From the NCBI GenBank assembly GCA_004022145.1, contig RCNU01000005.1: a DNA stretch of 64,000 nucleotides; one strand, given 5' to 3'. The notes under the pieces were generated by a model. It made no database searches, was not told the origin of the DNA, and was given only the letters and a program-made list of their open reading frames with translations. The stretch comes from Paecilomyces variotii. Taxonomy: Eukaryota. Of this stretch, positions 12,958 through 24,027 are shown piece by piece. The stretch's first letter is position 1. Each line of letters opens with the position of its first letter. Made by a program: the position numbers and the translations under genes.

Positions 12958-15612
12958 CTAAGCAGCAGCTTCCTGCACTGGATTACTGTGAGCGCCATTA
13001 GAGGACTCAGAGACTCCCTGACCTCTGCAGAGAGGACATGAATTTCGCCCGGTTGTCAACCACTATAGTTGATGTCAGCAGCTGCTTGACTAGCCCATCA
13101 GGATCAGGTGTACAACTTACCTCGTCAATGCAATCTTTGTGATAGAGATGTTTGCAAGACGTGAGCTGTCTGAGCTCCTCTGCTGCTTCATAATCACTCA
13201 GGCAGATCAGGCATCGCTCATTCTCAGCAATCGGAATGCTCGGAGCGCCGCTACCTCCTTCCGCCTCAGCCATCAGGGTGCCGCCGTACTCAACTAGGCG
13301 GAACAATCCGCCTGCTGAGGAGACGTCTTCTTGAGAAGCAACAGGTGGCTTCGCCGGACCCAACAGAGAAGAGAGCAGAATCATGTCTTCATAGGTGGGA
13401 TTCTGTGTGGTTTTTCGTCGTTAGCCGCTGGGGGAAATCCATGGTGCAGGGTGACGGATGTGGATAAACTTACATCAGTGAAAAGGCTTGGTGTTGCAAA
13501 AGCCGGATGGTTTTCAGACAGATTCGTCCCCACTACATATATCAGCCAGCTGCGGCCGCCCGATGGCGCCGCTGCATTGTCAGGCTCAACAACACCGTTG
13601 CGTCTTGCAGCACCTGAACCTAGGTCACGGTGACGAGCAAATTCGGAATCGCTGCGACGTCGTTGACGGGCAGAATTGACCGTGCTCTCTTCTGCAGATT
13701 CTGATGTAGGCTGGGTAGCCGGACTCCCCTGACTTTGAGATGCGACATAAGGAGACATGGCAGATGCAGAAGAGGGACGTCGACTGGGGGTCGAAGTCCC
13801 TGAGGAGACAGCAGACAGGCCGGCGGGAGTCGATGGCGGTGGGTGAGGTCCAGGAGGACTTTCAGACAGGACAGTAGGCAGAGATGATGACAGGTTGGCG
13901 GAGGGTCCCACATCAGATGGCCTACGGGACGCATCAGATCTGTGACGCTGACTATCGTTATTCACAGGCACCGGGTTTGCGCTTCCCATCAAATGGCGAT
14001 GGGGTGAGAACCTGGACCGCGCATCAGCACGTCGAAGAAGATCGCGACCGCCGTTTTGATTTCGCAATAGGTCGCTCGGAGGAAGAAGTGGTAGACCAAG
14101 CAATGTATCTAAGCCCGGACCGGTGGTGTTTTGTTGTTGTTGTTGATCACCTCCGATGTTATTGCTTGAGGGAACTGACCTTACTCCCACGACCACCAGT
14201 GTCACAGTCCGTCCATCGGAACCTTCGGGAGCTGGCTCATCCATGTCCATGCGATCGGTACGCTCAGAAGGGGTTTCGCCAGCAGATCCAGAATTCCCTG
14301 ACGTTTCCGGATTGACAAAACGGAATACTCTGAGAAAGTTGACTGGAGGCAAACTCCCATCACTAGCTTGGTCTGACGCTCCCTCCGGCCCTGACGGATT
14401 TGTCTGCGCAGATGTCGCATTCTGTAAGCTCTGTATAAAGTTCTCGAGTGATCCGTCCAAACCATCATTGCCCAGAGACTGCACGTTTGGTAACACCGGG
14501 CCAGCTGTTCCAGATAGTTGAGCCGCAATAGCAGCGGCGGCCAGCTGCAGAACTCTCGACAGAGGGGTCTGTTCCTCGCGCCGTAACATCCGTGAGGAAC
14601 GGGCTCGCAGAACACCAGGGAAGCGGCGAATTCCAGTCATTCCTTGAGAAGGCCGCGACGAAGAGGTTGGAGAGAGAGGAAGTGGGTTCCTGACAGAGGG
14701 CTCAACTGAGTCGAGCTCATGGGGTGGCTCATCGAAACTCATCCGGGTATCCATAGCTCCCAGGGGAGGGAGAAGATGATCTGCGTCGTCGGTTAATGCA
14801 GAGCGTGAGGGTCGCCGCGGCGGTGTACTAGGCGGCTGGCTAGAGAGCGGGGGAGATTGTTGGCCAAATATCTGAGATATCGGAGCAGATATGGAGTTTC
14901 GAACGCGGCTTAATCGGGCGCTTCGACGCCACGACGTGCGACTGGATTCTGGTGTCTGTTCAGCAGACGAGTCAAAGTAGGCTGGGTTCGGAGGCGAGTC
15001 GGGTAGGAGAGCTGCATCGGCACGGGAAAGGGCATATGGCCCACGGATGGAGCGTCGTCTGGTGATACCTCTCGAGCTGAGGGAGCTGAAGGGAGTGAAC
15101 CGACCGGTACTGTGAGCCGTTTCTACTCTCGGGCTTGACCTCGATACAAGGCCGTTGCGATGCGCACGCCCTTCTGCAGGCGTTTCTTCTTCACTATTGA
15201 GCAGGCCTCGTATGACGGAGTTGGGAAGAAATCTCGATCCAAGCCTTGACATGGTCGACTGTCTCCTCGCAGCCAAGCGGGCGAGGGACGCGGCCCGACT
15301 CTCTCTGCGATCCTCCTCTCCCAACGGTCTCGTATCTCGCTCGTAGTTTATCTCCTGTTCCGATCCTGCATGATCAGCCGTCGACATACCGGCTGATGGC
15401 CATCCAGTCTGCTGCGGGTCCGATCCCTCTATGCTGTTCTCATTCATCGTGTCGTCCTCCCCGATGGGACGAATGTGGCGCGTTCCAGACTGTCCCGACA
15501 TATTGTTGCTCACAACGCGTTCATGTCCATTGCGTGACGACGCTGTCGGCAAAGAAAATTGCAGAGAGCTGTTTCGACGGGATTCTCGTTGCGTCGAAGA
15601 AGTCTGTCCCAT
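12958..15612 (-). CDS. RING-H2 finger protein (putative E3 ligase) with a long disordered N-terminus
   Basis: Exons 15612-13474, 13402-13121 and 13062-12958 give CLICLSDY...CKHLYHKDCIDEWLTTGRNSCPLC. The N-terminal MGQTSS fits a myristoylation motif. Confidence 0.9.
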
Positions 15613-17146
15613 AGCTGGTTCGTTCAGTTGACAGCACGAGAAGGATGAGTCACGAGGTCAGGCACTATTCCAGGCCATGGACTCGGAAGGCGGCAACACA
15701 GGCTGGACACACAGTCACCCTCAGAACTCCCAGGATGGCAGATACCGTCAGGCGTCTGAATAAACCTGGTGGCGATCCAGCTCACCAAACGCACCCAGCA
15801 AGGAGAGAACCAGGACGCGATTACCAATACACACGGGTTCCCCCACGTTTCGCTTCTGCCACCGGAGTCAAGCCACTAATGAAGCTGATTTGTGGCGAAT
15901 GGTGGCAGCAGATTTCCGGATGAGGTTATTAGGACGGCGGTAGGAAGTTCGCTATCAGGCAGCTGATAACTAATTAGTTACACGCGAGTGCTGCGTCAGC
16001 AGAAGGGTCGAGTCCTGGATGCTCGTCCGTTGACAGCGCTGAGAGTAGACAACGACTGAAGAAAGACCACGCGTAACTCCGCCTCAGTCGTAGCAATCTT
16101 AAAAAACGATATCAGCGGTGTCGTGGGAAGAAGGGAAGCTCGGACCTGGCGAAAGGACGTCGGAAAGATGAGAGCCAAACAGGGTTGGCGCTCCCCGGGG
16201 GAAGATGAAACTCGTCAAAGGGGATCCGCAACCCGTTCAGCCTGGGTCTTGAAAGAGAGACGGAGAGCAGCAGCCTACAGAACGGCCTCCGACGATGGCA
16301 CGCAGCAGACAAAGAAAGTGGTGGGGAAGAGGTGAGATGGAGATTCAGACGATGATGGTCAGGCAGTAAGTTACCGATCGGGGGGGATTACTTAGCCACT
16401 GCGGAGGATCTTCTGTCTGGATGGCGAGGATGGCTGCCAGCAAGCCCGACGGCGCTGTCCCACCAGAGGTCGCTAGACTCTTCCAGTCGCTAGTCAGACG
16501 GCAGCTAGCTTTGTCCCTTTGATGTTTGATTTGAACACGCTTATGGTAAAGATTATTATTAATGTTCACAGAGCAGTTCAGGATCCAATCAATAATAATA
16601 ATAATAATAGCGTCCTCTGGATGACTGCCGCCGTCAACTGGTCGAGTTTCCGCGGATCCCCTGCGGGTCATGGCGGCAGCCTCAGGCGGCGATCCTGCGG
16701 CGATTAATGGAATCTTTTTATCATCATCCATCCACCAGTCGGTCTGCTCTCTCTCTCTGTTCTACGCACTCTCTTCTGAGCCCAACTGCGTCTTATTCAA
16801 TTTGCTCTGAACCGCACAGCTTGCGGGTGCCAATCAGCAACAAGCGTCTCAATGCCGTTTGCCAGCACGGCTTGATTGCCTGTTGTCTCAGGCCCTTGTC
16901 GTTCAGGCTGTTTGTCAGGCTTTTGGATCGGTGAGTGTTGGGGATCAGAGCGGTATGAAAAGGATACCTAGTCTGTGATCGGGTGCCAATACTAAAAGGA
17001 ACTATCATAGCTTCTAATGACCGCCTATTTTGCCGATCATCGCTTATGCCGTCTTTTGCTACAGTGCACTATCAGAGTCGTCCACTACCCGGTTAGGGAA
17101 AACACTACCTGAGGCAGCTTTCTGTTGAGACACTTGGGAACTGCAC

Positions 17147-18466
17147 ATGAAGACACCAACCCCTTCCGCATCATTCTTCTCGTTGCCTCTCGCCCCATGG
17201 CAGCAGCCCCAGAGTGTACGGGCGGCTAGATATGAGCCCAGGAAACGAAGGAGAGGATTGGATGATTGGGGCGATGAAGATGATCGCGATGGAGAGACCA
17301 CCGATGCGGGGTCAGTATCAGAGGCGCCTGCAACAGGGCCATCGTTAGTCCTCTCGCCAGATGAGGCTCATCAGTACCGGATCGCTGGCCTCTCGTTCGA
17401 TAGAGAACTTCCCGGGGGCAATTTCCCTCATGCGCCGGCGAAGGAAGAGCCTCTCGAACGGACCACGGAGAAAAGCGTCCTCAAGGAATTGGCAGCTATG
17501 TCACCCCCGCTTTACATTCCACAGTCTCCAGCACAGCGGGGTAATCTGCGGTTTCAACATCTGGCAGTCATGACGGCCATATTGCACCGATGTCTGCTAG
17601 AAGGCGATTTCGTACGCGCCGGAAGGGCATGGGGTCTACTTCTTCGAGAGGAGGTTGGAGGGCATCCGGTCGATGTGCGCCAAGAAGGTAGATGGGGAAT
17701 CGGTGCAGAGATACTTCTTCGTCGCGATCTGCAGATATCTCAACGAGCTCCTGGTGTCGCTGACGGGGAGGAGAATCAGACTGCCAGAGGAGGCCCTAAG
17801 GCTCTGTTTACGAGGAAAGGGTTCGAGGATGCCAAGAAGTACTATGAACGGCTTATACTCCAATATCCATATCGGAAAGCCGCCCCCAATGCCATCAGCT
17901 CGATAACTTTCTATCCCGCCATGTTTGGTCTCTGGATCTATGTGGTACAGGAAGAGAGCAATGTGGCTAGGGAAACGTTGCAGCTCGCGGACGAAAATTC
18001 ATCTGAAAGCTTATCTGATGATGAGGATACCGTGTCAAGATCCGATCTCGCAAAGTCCGGTGAGGGGAGACAGAAGCGTGTTCTCGCTGCCAGGGCCAGT
18101 GAGCTGGAGGAAGCGAAACAAATTGCGGCACGCATGGATGAACTTATGGTGTCTCCCCCCTACTCAGATAGCCCGGAGCTTTTGAGACTACGTGGAATGG
18201 TGTCCCTCTGGATTGGCGATTTGTTCGTCGCGTCCGTATCACATGAGGAGAGGGAAAGGGATGTCTCTACTGATAGGGAATCCGTCCCGATCGACGAATC
18301 GCCCGAGGCAATCCTTGCCAGACGTGAGATGAGATTGGCAATGGAGAAGAGAGATACAGAAGTGGAAAAATCGAAGGAGTGGTTTGAGAAGGCTAGGCTA
18401 CGGAGCAAGGGTGTAACAAGTTCGCTTGCTGATTTCCATATTCGTGATACCCCGCCGTTAGGCTAA
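17147..18466 (+). CDS. RRN11: Probable RNA polymerase I core factor subunit (Rrn11-like)
   Basis: Single-exon 439-aa ORF. HLAVMTAILHRCLLEGDFVRAGRAWGLLLR followed by WGIGAEIL and ERLILQYPY resembles fungal Rrn11. Confidence 0.65.
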   Translation: MKTPTPSASFFSLPLAPWQQPQSVRAARYEPRKRRRGLDDWGDEDDRDGETTDAGSVSEAPATGPSLVLSPDEAHQYRIAGLSFDRELPGGNFPHAPAKEEPLERTTEKSVLKELAAMSPPLYIPQSPAQRGNLRFQHLAVMTAILHRCLLEGDFVRAGRAWGLLLREEVGGHPVDVRQEGRWGIGAEILLRRDLQISQRAPGVADGEENQTARGGPKALFTRKGFEDAKKYYERLILQYPYRKAAPNAISSITFYPAMFGLWIYVVQEESNVARETLQLADENSSESLSDDEDTVSRSDLAKSGEGRQKRVLAARASELEEAKQIAARMDELMVSPPYSDSPELLRLRGMVSLWIGDLFVASVSHEERERDVSTDRESVPIDESPEAILARREMRLAMEKRDTEVEKSKEWFEKARLRSKGVTSSLADFHIRDTPPLG

Positions 18467-18750
18467 CACGCCAAGGCATTGTTTTGTTTTTCTTATACAC
18501 AGCCTGGAATCTAAGTGAAGAGCCTTGTGGGTTCAACCTAGGCTCCGATCGTGTGTCTTCGTGATACGGATAAATTCGTGATTAGAAGCGCTCAAACTGC
18601 AATCGGAGCGTAGAAAATATACCCTTTTGACGAAAGCCCGTCGACATAGCAACGTAGATTAAACCTGGCGAAATAGATATGCGTACACCAACTAGGAATG
18701 TCTTGAGATAATAAGCTGTTGCATCTGTTGAGCAGGTCTACTTCAGAGTC

Positions 18751-18764
18751 CACGTGACCACGTG
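18751..18764. promoter_or_regulatory. Two adjacent CACGTG E-boxes (bHLH, Cbf1-like) about 190 bp upstream of the ECM11-like gene
   Basis: CACGTGACCACGTG; the first box reads GTCACGTG on the - strand. Confidence 0.3.
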
Positions 18765-18955
18765 AAACGCTCGCGTTCTCCATTTTCGGGAAGTGCGAGA
18801 AATGTAGCGGTAGACGACGTCGACCTGTGCTTTTTTTTTTTGTCTTTTCACTCTCACTCAACATGCGTAAAAGCCCACTCTAATTCTCATTTGTCTTTAT
18901 GCGACGCTTCTAATAATTTCTTTCGGTATTAATCTTAATTAACCCAAAACCCGCC

Positions 18956-20530
18956 ATGGCGGTTGGCGATTATATCCACGCAAAGGAAGCCGGCCAGGCT
19001 CGTGCCGACACGGCAGAGAGGACCCATCAACATCAACGTCTGCCCCGACAACTGCTTGCACAACAGGCAAGAGTGCCTGTTCCATCACCTAAACTGCCAG
19101 GCTTTGCTGCCATCAGGCCTAGCAGGAGCACCTCGATCGAAAGTCGAGGGCCATCCGCACCTAATGGGATCCAGCAGCCAGAACACCAAGTGGCACAGAA
19201 TGGGGTTGACAGTCACCGAGATCCGTTCGATACGGATGTGGAGGGAGTAGATGACTCGACCATTGCTGGAACGAGTGTTATGGGAGCTGAAGATAGTCAT
19301 GCTAATGCCCCTCTGTACTCGAATGGCTATCGTTTCCAGCGACCGCCTGTGAATCCTTCATACGACTATGCCAAGCCCGAAGGTCTGGGTAACAGAGCCG
19401 TGAAAGCTTCAGGGTTTGATACAGATGAAGCTGAAGCTGATTCGAGCCATGCGGGTTCATCTCTTCAGGAAGATGATGATGATGACGAAGACGACGCAGA
19501 CGATGCGGACGGGGAACAGACTCAGACAATTCACTGGGATCAGAGACAGAATTACCATCCACCAGAATCATCGATGAAGCGCGTAGAAGATTTCTGGCTA
19601 GCTAGCAGCAGACGCGCGGCGCTTTCCAAAGCTCCTAACCCATTAGCTGGTGAATCATCTTCTGCGCGTGTTACTATCTCAGACGCAGTTAAGATAAACA
19701 GACCGCCCTATGCCAACGGTGCAAGGACAGAGGCCCTTCCACCACGCACAGTGGCTGTTACTCCAAAAGGTCGATTCAGCCCTCCCAAACAGCCTGCATA
19801 CGCACGATATCTTCTGTCTCCCACCCGCCGGACTGGAGGTCCACGGCCTCCTCCGGCCCGTCCAGCATCAGCAGCGGATCTTCATTTGAAAGAAGTGACA
19901 GAACCGGAGCTCCGTTCGAGTGGCCTTGAAAGGAGACACAGTGCTAGGTCCCCTGGTGTTTTTGATGCCACGAATCTGGAGTGTCTAGATGACGACACTA
20001 TGGACGCCCATTCATCCTCATCAGAGTCATCCGGACCAGCTTCAGTGATCCACAGCAAAGAACCGACAACCTCGAGCAAAAAGCGTCAATTCGAATTAGA
20101 CTATCCTCCGGAAGTCCTCGACCAGAAATCATTTGAAGACCTTGAATCGGAGTCCTTCGACTACGTCCCTGCAAGTAATCCACCAGCTCCACCACCAACA
20201 TCTCCGCCGCCGCAACCCAAGGAGGCCCGAACTGCCGCAGAAAGAGTGGATCTCCTCCTAAAATTGTCTGACACTGAACGCCGCAATTACCTCTCCAGTC
20301 TGGCCATAGATGAATGGGAAGAATGCGGAGACGAGCTGATGTCACAATTCGGCAACATCCTCATCAAAATGAAAGAAGCGCGACAGGCACGGCGGAAAAC
20401 TGCCGCTGCGTTCGAGGCAGAGATCAAAAGAAGACACAACGACGTCCAGAACGAGGAGAAAGATCTGGCATCAAAACTCGCTGAGATGAGAGAGGGCGGG
20501 CTGGGAGTATTGAGAAGACGAAGCCCATGA
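18956..20530 (+). CDS. ECM11: ECM11-domain protein (C-terminal Ecm11 domain plus coiled coil)
   Basis: 524-aa ORF with a strong start context (GCCATGG). C-terminal LDYPPEVL...SFEDLESESFD and EWEECGDELMSQF...KMKEAR match the ECM11 domain pattern. Confidence 0.7.
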   Translation: MAVGDYIHAKEAGQARADTAERTHQHQRLPRQLLAQQARVPVPSPKLPGFAAIRPSRSTSIESRGPSAPNGIQQPEHQVAQNGVDSHRDPFDTDVEGVDDSTIAGTSVMGAEDSHANAPLYSNGYRFQRPPVNPSYDYAKPEGLGNRAVKASGFDTDEAEADSSHAGSSLQEDDDDDEDDADDADGEQTQTIHWDQRQNYHPPESSMKRVEDFWLASSRRAALSKAPNPLAGESSSARVTISDAVKINRPPYANGARTEALPPRTVAVTPKGRFSPPKQPAYARYLLSPTRRTGGPRPPPARPASAADLHLKEVTEPELRSSGLERRHSARSPGVFDATNLECLDDDTMDAHSSSSESSGPASVIHSKEPTTSSKKRQFELDYPPEVLDQKSFEDLESESFDYVPASNPPAPPPTSPPPQPKEARTAAERVDLLLKLSDTERRNYLSSLAIDEWEECGDELMSQFGNILIKMKEARQARRKTAAAFEAEIKRRHNDVQNEEKDLASKLAEMREGGLGVLRRRSP

Positions 20531-21210
20531 AATGCTGAATCTTAACAATCAAAATCCGTTTGCATATCTTTAGGCGAATATCGGGGTACATTTCTATTAT
20601 TCATCAGCCTATATCCCATGTCATTTACTTTTCCCTTCGAGGCCCACCTTGTCCCACTTTCCACGCATTATTATGGTTTGTTCCCCTCCGTTGCATTATA
20701 TCGGTCAGTGATTATTATTTTCCCGCAGCGCGGGTAATATGGTCCAAATCTGGAATATCTTATGAAGTTATGAGAGCGCGGCACTACATAGAATGCATAT
20801 AAATATACCCCCAATCTGCCTATCTGATATTCATTGACCGTTTGTCCTTCCTTGCATCTTGAACCAATACTCATCTTTCTTGCCTAGAGAGAATAAATGA
20901 CTACAGATAATAGAACTCTTAAGTAGTGGAATCAATGGAAGTACTTTTCCGAGTCCCATTGTCTTTCCTTTCTTCTTCCCATGGGAAAGAAATCATAAGT
21001 CCATGTCCTCACCGTTGCGCCAGACACACCATCTATAATTCAGATCCACGGCCTAATAATAACGAACAAAGGCGAAGCCCCAAGGAAACAATGAAGAGCG
21101 AATGGGAAACCAGACCGGAACGGTATCACTATCTATACATACAGCCTTTATATAGCCGACAGGGAAAGAAAGTTCACTAAAACGAAAGCAGGGATAAATG
21201 AGGCGAAAAC

Positions 21211-23499
21211 TTAGTGAGATCCACCGAGACTCGCTAATGCTGCTGCAAGCCTCTTGTAGTCTTGTAGTAACTCCGCCACGTCGCGGAGTTTGAGATCACC
21301 AGCATCTTCTGTCTCCAGGAATCGCCTGAGAGGCGGGTCGATCCTGGAAAGGGTTGCAGATACGTCTGCTGAGCCGTCCGTTGAAAGAGTAGGTTGAGTT
21401 TTGTTGTCTATAGGAGAGGGCACTGCTGGTGCTGGTGTTGCTGGGGTAGTTACTCCTGTTCCTGGGTCGGGCGTTGTTGCGGAGCGGCCAAAGCCACGGA
21501 TCATGCCAGGGATGTGATTTAGTGGGTTGAACGTGTTTCCGAAGTTCTTCATGGACTCGAGAGGCGTTGATGCGGAACTTGAAGAGAAGATCGATCCACC
21601 CGGAGTCGGGCTTGGATTGGCTTCTTCTTTCTGGGAGCGAGAAGGTATGGTAGGGTTTCTCGTGCTACTGCTGCGGCTTTGAGCACTGTCCGTACTGCGT
21701 TCACGGGGCGTTTTATTTCCGCCAACGATGGCCAGAAGCCTATCCTCTGTACGGGCACGAGTGGGCCTCGGTGCAGGATCTGGTGTTGAAAGTGCTTTTA
21801 TCGATCCATCGTCGTTCAAATCCGTGCCATTCTCGAGCTTGGAAGGAGAAGTGACCAGGCGGCGTGCCTCGTCCAAGGTCTTTGGGAGTACCGAACGCTG
21901 ATCAGGTCCCTGGTTTTGCATTTCTTTCAGACGCCCAAAAAGGAAATTGAAGCTGTTATCGAGGGTATTCCCGATATTCTTTAATCCCTGGTCGGCAGTA
22001 TTGCGAACAGCATCATTTGCAGCTCCAAGAACCTTCGCCGGTGGTTGGAAAAGATTGCTCAGGCGGCGTTGCTGGCTTTGAGGGGCTGCGAGTTGTGGTC
22101 TGGGCAACGTCGCAGATATGCTGTCTTTGGTGGGAGTACTAGGTTTGGAGAACTCTGGAGCTGCTGATGCAGATGTTACAGAGGATGATGGTATCTCCTT
22201 AGGTGGTCGAAAAGGATCGGTCTTTTCACTAGCAGGCGTGACACTCCCGCTTGGTGCTTTCTGCTGGCCCTCGGGCAACTCATCAGCACGCAAGCTTGAG
22301 AGATCTACATTTTCCAAGAAGCTAATTGCAGCTTCAAGGTTTGTTAGACAATACGCAGTCTCCCCATCAACCTTGCTGGAAGATCTGAACCGTTGTATGA
22401 AGAGAAGGTTGCTGATCGCATTCAGCCCATCTGGCGGACATGTGATTAGTGAATATATTAACGTAGGTAGGATCTCATCGGCCGAGGAGGACGAGGGTAG
22501 AAGATTCGTGAGAGTGTCAACGATCGCCTTATGTGCTGCCGTCAGATGACGCAGCTTCCCAAGGGGATACTTCTCGTCGTTCATTTTCATAAGACTCTCT
22601 CGAGCAGCGGCGAGCCATTCATCAGCTTCTTCCTGTTTCTTTCCATCCCCGCTGAACGCCTCGATACCGAGATCTTTGAGATCAATTCCCACCACTGATA
22701 GGGCTGCGGTCTTGGATCGGAGCTTTTCATCTCTAACTTCGTCCAAAGTACTCTTATGGCGCCAGATCTTGTCATAAATGCTCTCACAGGCTCTGCGCTC
22801 TACCGCCTCTTCCAGTGCGACACGCTTGTAAGCCAGCAATTTCCGCGCCTTTCTTTTTTCAGCGACTTCAGAAACAGTCAGCATTTGATGATCCACAAGC
22901 ACCTTCTCAGTACCGGCTGTTGTACCACCCTTGACGGATTTCGAAGAAGCAGGCGGTGCTTCCCGGTTCAGCCTGGAAGCTAGAGTCGAAATGTGTGTAG
23001 CTATATGCGTCTCTGCACGGTCATAAAATTCTTGAAACATATCGGAAATCTTGTCTATCGACGGAGGCGTAGTATATACTTTGGCGCTGAGAGAATAGAC
23101 GAATCTGCACACGTGATCTATCAGTAACTGTTTTGTGCGCAACGACTCTGGCACATACCGGTCTGTCAAGCTCATCAATTCAATGGGCAGTTCATCGAAT
23201 CCTTCCTCAGGCTCCAGTAAAGGCTCCCCGTCCTCTGCAAGGTTCCCGTTGTCAGAATCGCTTGATCCCCGTTTTTCGAAGACATCCAGCTGACCCTCCG
23301 TGCCATCATCCTGCGGAGATAACGGCAACGGAAGAGCATCTGAACTAACGCTTTCGGGGACCGTTATATTCTGCATTGTCTTTGACCTCGTTCTCGCGAA
23401 AGGGTTTGCTGTTGTCGAAGTCTCCATTCTGGTGAACGATCGTGCCGGATGAAGTCCGCTCGGCCTTCTGGGCACCTCTTCAGAAGCGTTAGAGGACAT
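21211..23499 (-). CDS. VPS9-domain Rab5-family GEF (Muk1-like)
   Basis: SADEILPTLIY and GETAYCLTNLEAAISFLE are VPS9 motifs. First in-frame ATG at 23499. A 54-nt intron lies at 23158-23105. Confidence 0.88.
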   Translation of the reverse strand: MSSNASEEVPRRPSGLHPARSFTRMETSTTANPFARTRSKTMQNITVPESVSSDALPLPLSPQDDGTEGQLDVFEKRGSSDSDNGNLAEDGEPLLEPEEGFDELPIELMSLTDRYVPESLRTKQLLIDHVCRFVYSLSAKVYTTPPSIDKISDMFQEFYDRAETHIATHISTLASRLNREAPPASSKSVKGGTTAGTEKVLVDHQMLTVSEVAEKRKARKLLAYKRVALEEAVERRACESIYDKIWRHKSTLDEVRDEKLRSKTAALSVVGIDLKDLGIEAFSGDGKKQEEADEWLAAARESLMKMNDEKYPLGKLRHLTAAHKAIVDTLTNLLPSSSSADEILPTLIYSLITCPPDGLNAISNLLFIQRFRSSSKVDGETAYCLTNLEAAISFLENVDLSSLRADELPEGQQKAPSGSVTPASEKTDPFRPPKEIPSSSVTSASAAPEFSKPSTPTKDSISATLPRPQLAAPQSQQRRLSNLFQPPAKVLGAANDAVRNTADQGLKNIGNTLDNSFNFLFGRLKEMQNQGPDQRSVLPKTLDEARRLVTSPSKLENGTDLNDDGSIKALSTPDPAPRPTRARTEDRLLAIVGGNKTPRERSTDSAQSRSSSTRNPTIPSRSQKEEANPSPTPGGSIFSSSSASTPLESMKNFGNTFNPLNHIPGMIRGFGRSATTPDPGTGVTTPATPAPAVPSPIDNKTQPTLSTDGSADVSATLSRIDPPLRRFLETEDAGDLKLRDVAELLQDYKRLAAALASLGGSH

Positions 23500-24027
23500 T
23501 CCCACGCCGTTCCAGTGTTGGCTATGCTCTGATAGAGACTCCACACTGGTGGTCTTCAACGGTTGCGGGGTGACTGCGGGATATCAACAGATCGCCGCAT
23601 AGTCGGGACGTTGGTAACACCGCTTCGGTACTGAGCGGAGACAGCACGGACGATGCTTCGGGACGGATGTCGAGGGCTGTGGAATAAGGCAAAAAGCCGA
23701 GTCTCCTCCAATAATGCATGCACACCGCAAGACCTCCTGATATGTCATCAAGGCATCAGCATTATTATGATTGTTATTGTTATTATTGCGATCCCTGAAG
23801 CTCAGGTGAAACTGCGATGGAGGAGCTCTCGACTGTCCTGAATCTGATAGGGCTGCGCGGGCGGTCAGCTGATGTGGCACGTGCACGATAGTCTCTCCGC
23901 CTCACTGCGTCACCGCCTTGACTGATAAGTTAGTTAATTCACCCTTTGGTACTGCAGCAACTCCTGTTTGACTATTAACTAGTTAACTAGTCGACATCAA
24001 CTTAATCATCGATGCTCATCCGTTGTT

